Below are positions 31,128-32,000 of a stretch of 32,000 bases of DNA, one piece after another. The position numbers were made by a program, and so were the translations under genes. Within the stretch, counting starts at the first letter, position 1. Each line of letters opens with the position of its first letter. The notes beneath the pieces were generated by a model. The model did no database searches. It had not been told where the DNA came from and saw nothing but the letters and a program-made list of their open reading frames with translations. The stretch lies in NCBI RefSeq assembly GCF_000007185.1, contig NC_003551.1:480001-512000 (forward strand), written 5' to 3'. The DNA comes from Methanopyrus kandleri AV19 (GTDB taxonomy: Archaea > JAADCQ01 > Methanopyri > Methanopyrales > Methanopyraceae).

Positions 31128-31655
31128 TTGAAGTTGTGCCTGGTGGCGTTTGACGGAAGGATCCCCATGCTCAGCAGTATCGTCGATAGGTTCGAGGAAC
31201 ACGTGTCGGAGTACCTAGGCGAGGTTAAGGTGAAAAAGAAACGCGCGAAACTACCCGAGCATGCGTACTCCAAGGTGAGAGGCCAATACCTAGCGAGGGC
31301 CCTCCTCGATACCCTACGTGGCATGAAAGGGGAGTACGACCGCGTTTTAGGGTTGACCTCGGAGGACCTCTACGCTCCGGGACTCAACTTCGTCTTCGGT
31401 CAAGCTCGATGTCCGGGTAGAGAGGCCGTAGTCTCGGTGGCCCGACTGCTGGATCCGGATCCGGAGTTGTACCTGGAGCGTGTCGTGAAGGAGCTCACGC
31501 ACGAGCTCGGACACACCTTCGGGTTGGGCCACTGCCCGGACCGTAACTGCGTGATGAGCTTCTCGAGTTCACTTCTCGAAGTAGACCGCAAATCACCGAA
31601 CTTCTGTCGAAGATGTACCGAATTACTTCAAAGAAACTTGAAACGCGGAGGTTGA
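31128..31655 (+). CDS. amzA: Archaemetzincin (Zn metalloprotease)
   Basis: 175 aa, TTG start. HELGHTFGLGHCPDRNCVMSF plus C-terminal CRRC is the archaemetzincin HExxHxxGxxH/CPxxxC signature. Confidence 0.9.
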   Translation: MKLCLVAFDGRIPMLSSIVDRFEEHVSEYLGEVKVKKKRAKLPEHAYSKVRGQYLARALLDTLRGMKGEYDRVLGLTSEDLYAPGLNFVFGQARCPGREAVVSVARLLDPDPELYLERVVKELTHELGHTFGLGHCPDRNCVMSFSSSLLEVDRKSPNFCRRCTELLQRNLKRGG

Positions 31656-31669
31656 ACGGGGCCGTAGTC

Positions 31670-32000
31670 GTGACCATCGAGTACGTAGACAAAGTGGGGC
31701 GCAGAGTGGTCGTTCGGAGGGCTAAAAGGTCCGACATCCCGGAAGTTGTGGAGATAGAAGAGCGTGCGTTCCCGAAATCACCGTATCCTACGTACGTCTT
31801 CCTCTATAACCTGAGTAACAATCCGGAGGGGTTCCTGGTGGCTGAAGTTGGGGGTAAGGTGGTAGGATACGTCATCTTCGAGCTCCGACCGTGGCTCGGT
31901 GAGGGCCATATAGTCTCGATCGCCGTACATCCCAACTACCGGCGTACCGGAATCGGCACGATCCTCATGGGAGAGGCCGAGCGCAAGATAGCGGAAGCCG
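31670..32000 (+). CDS. rimI: GNAT N-acetyltransferase, RimI/Ard1-like (3' end beyond window)
   Basis: GTG 31670 is the first start after an in-frame TGA. VRRAKRSDIPEVVEIEERAFP...FLVAEVGGKVVGYVIFE...GHIVSIAVHPNYRRTGIGTILM is the RimI-type acetyl-CoA motif (Q/RxxGxG/A). Confidence 0.8.
   Translation, partial: MTIEYVDKVGRRVVVRRAKRSDIPEVVEIEERAFPKSPYPTYVFLYNLSNNPEGFLVAEVGGKVVGYVIFELRPWLGEGHIVSIAVHPNYRRTGIGTILMGEAERKIAEA

Noticed and set aside
1-32000. Search for CRISPR arrays, IS elements/transposases, integrases, prophage or toxin-antitoxin cassettes
   Set aside because: I saw no regularly spaced direct repeats, no terminal inverted repeats flanking the low-GC segments, and no ORF with DDE, tyrosine recombinase, Cas or phage-structural signatures. 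The low-GC segments are reported as composition anomalies only.

Overview
Dense, high-GC (about 58-62% by eye) archaeal chromosomal segment with about 35 protein genes and one 5S rRNA. I found no CRISPR array, tRNA, transposase or integrase. The gene content points to a hyperthermophilic methanogen: F420-dependent methylene-H4MPT reductase (Mer), FrhB-type F420 modules, an MsvR-type regulator, AGOG, archaeal-type ThrRS and TyrRS, and very acidic proteins. The Mer sequence matches my memory of Methanopyrus kandleri. Most genes are housekeeping: tyrS, NMD3, trmJ-like, mer, CBS proteins, RNA ligase, pyrC, ilvB, ilvN, thrS, tatD, archaemetzincin and rimI. The main candidate for a new system is a tight four-gene cluster at 19901-24623. 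It encodes a divergent CooS-type Ni-CODH followed by FrhA-like, FrhG-like and FrhB-like proteins. By eye, the CODH homolog keeps the B- and C-cluster ligands but lacks one D-cluster Cys and the two acid-base residues. The hydrogenase large-subunit homolog has lost several [NiFe] hallmark motifs, while the FeS and F420 modules look intact. Together this suggests an F420-linked CODH-type oxidoreductase built on a hydrogenase chassis. Just downstream is a redox-stress-looking group: a V4R-only protein, AGOG, an ArsR+V4R MsvR-like regulator and an AhpD/CMD protein. An MsvR-type TTCG-N8-CGAA box lies next to the promoter of a rubrerythrin-like gene 9 kb upstream. Other points: an NMD3 homolog whose first zinc knuckle has no canonical start codon and sits in frame behind a TAG; a GNAT/Zn-ribbon/ABC-ATPase fusion; a large GT-C-like membrane protein with a sharp low-GC segment; an orphan 5S rRNA; and unlinked ilvB and ilvN. 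All family assignments come from motif recognition and memory, since no database search was possible.
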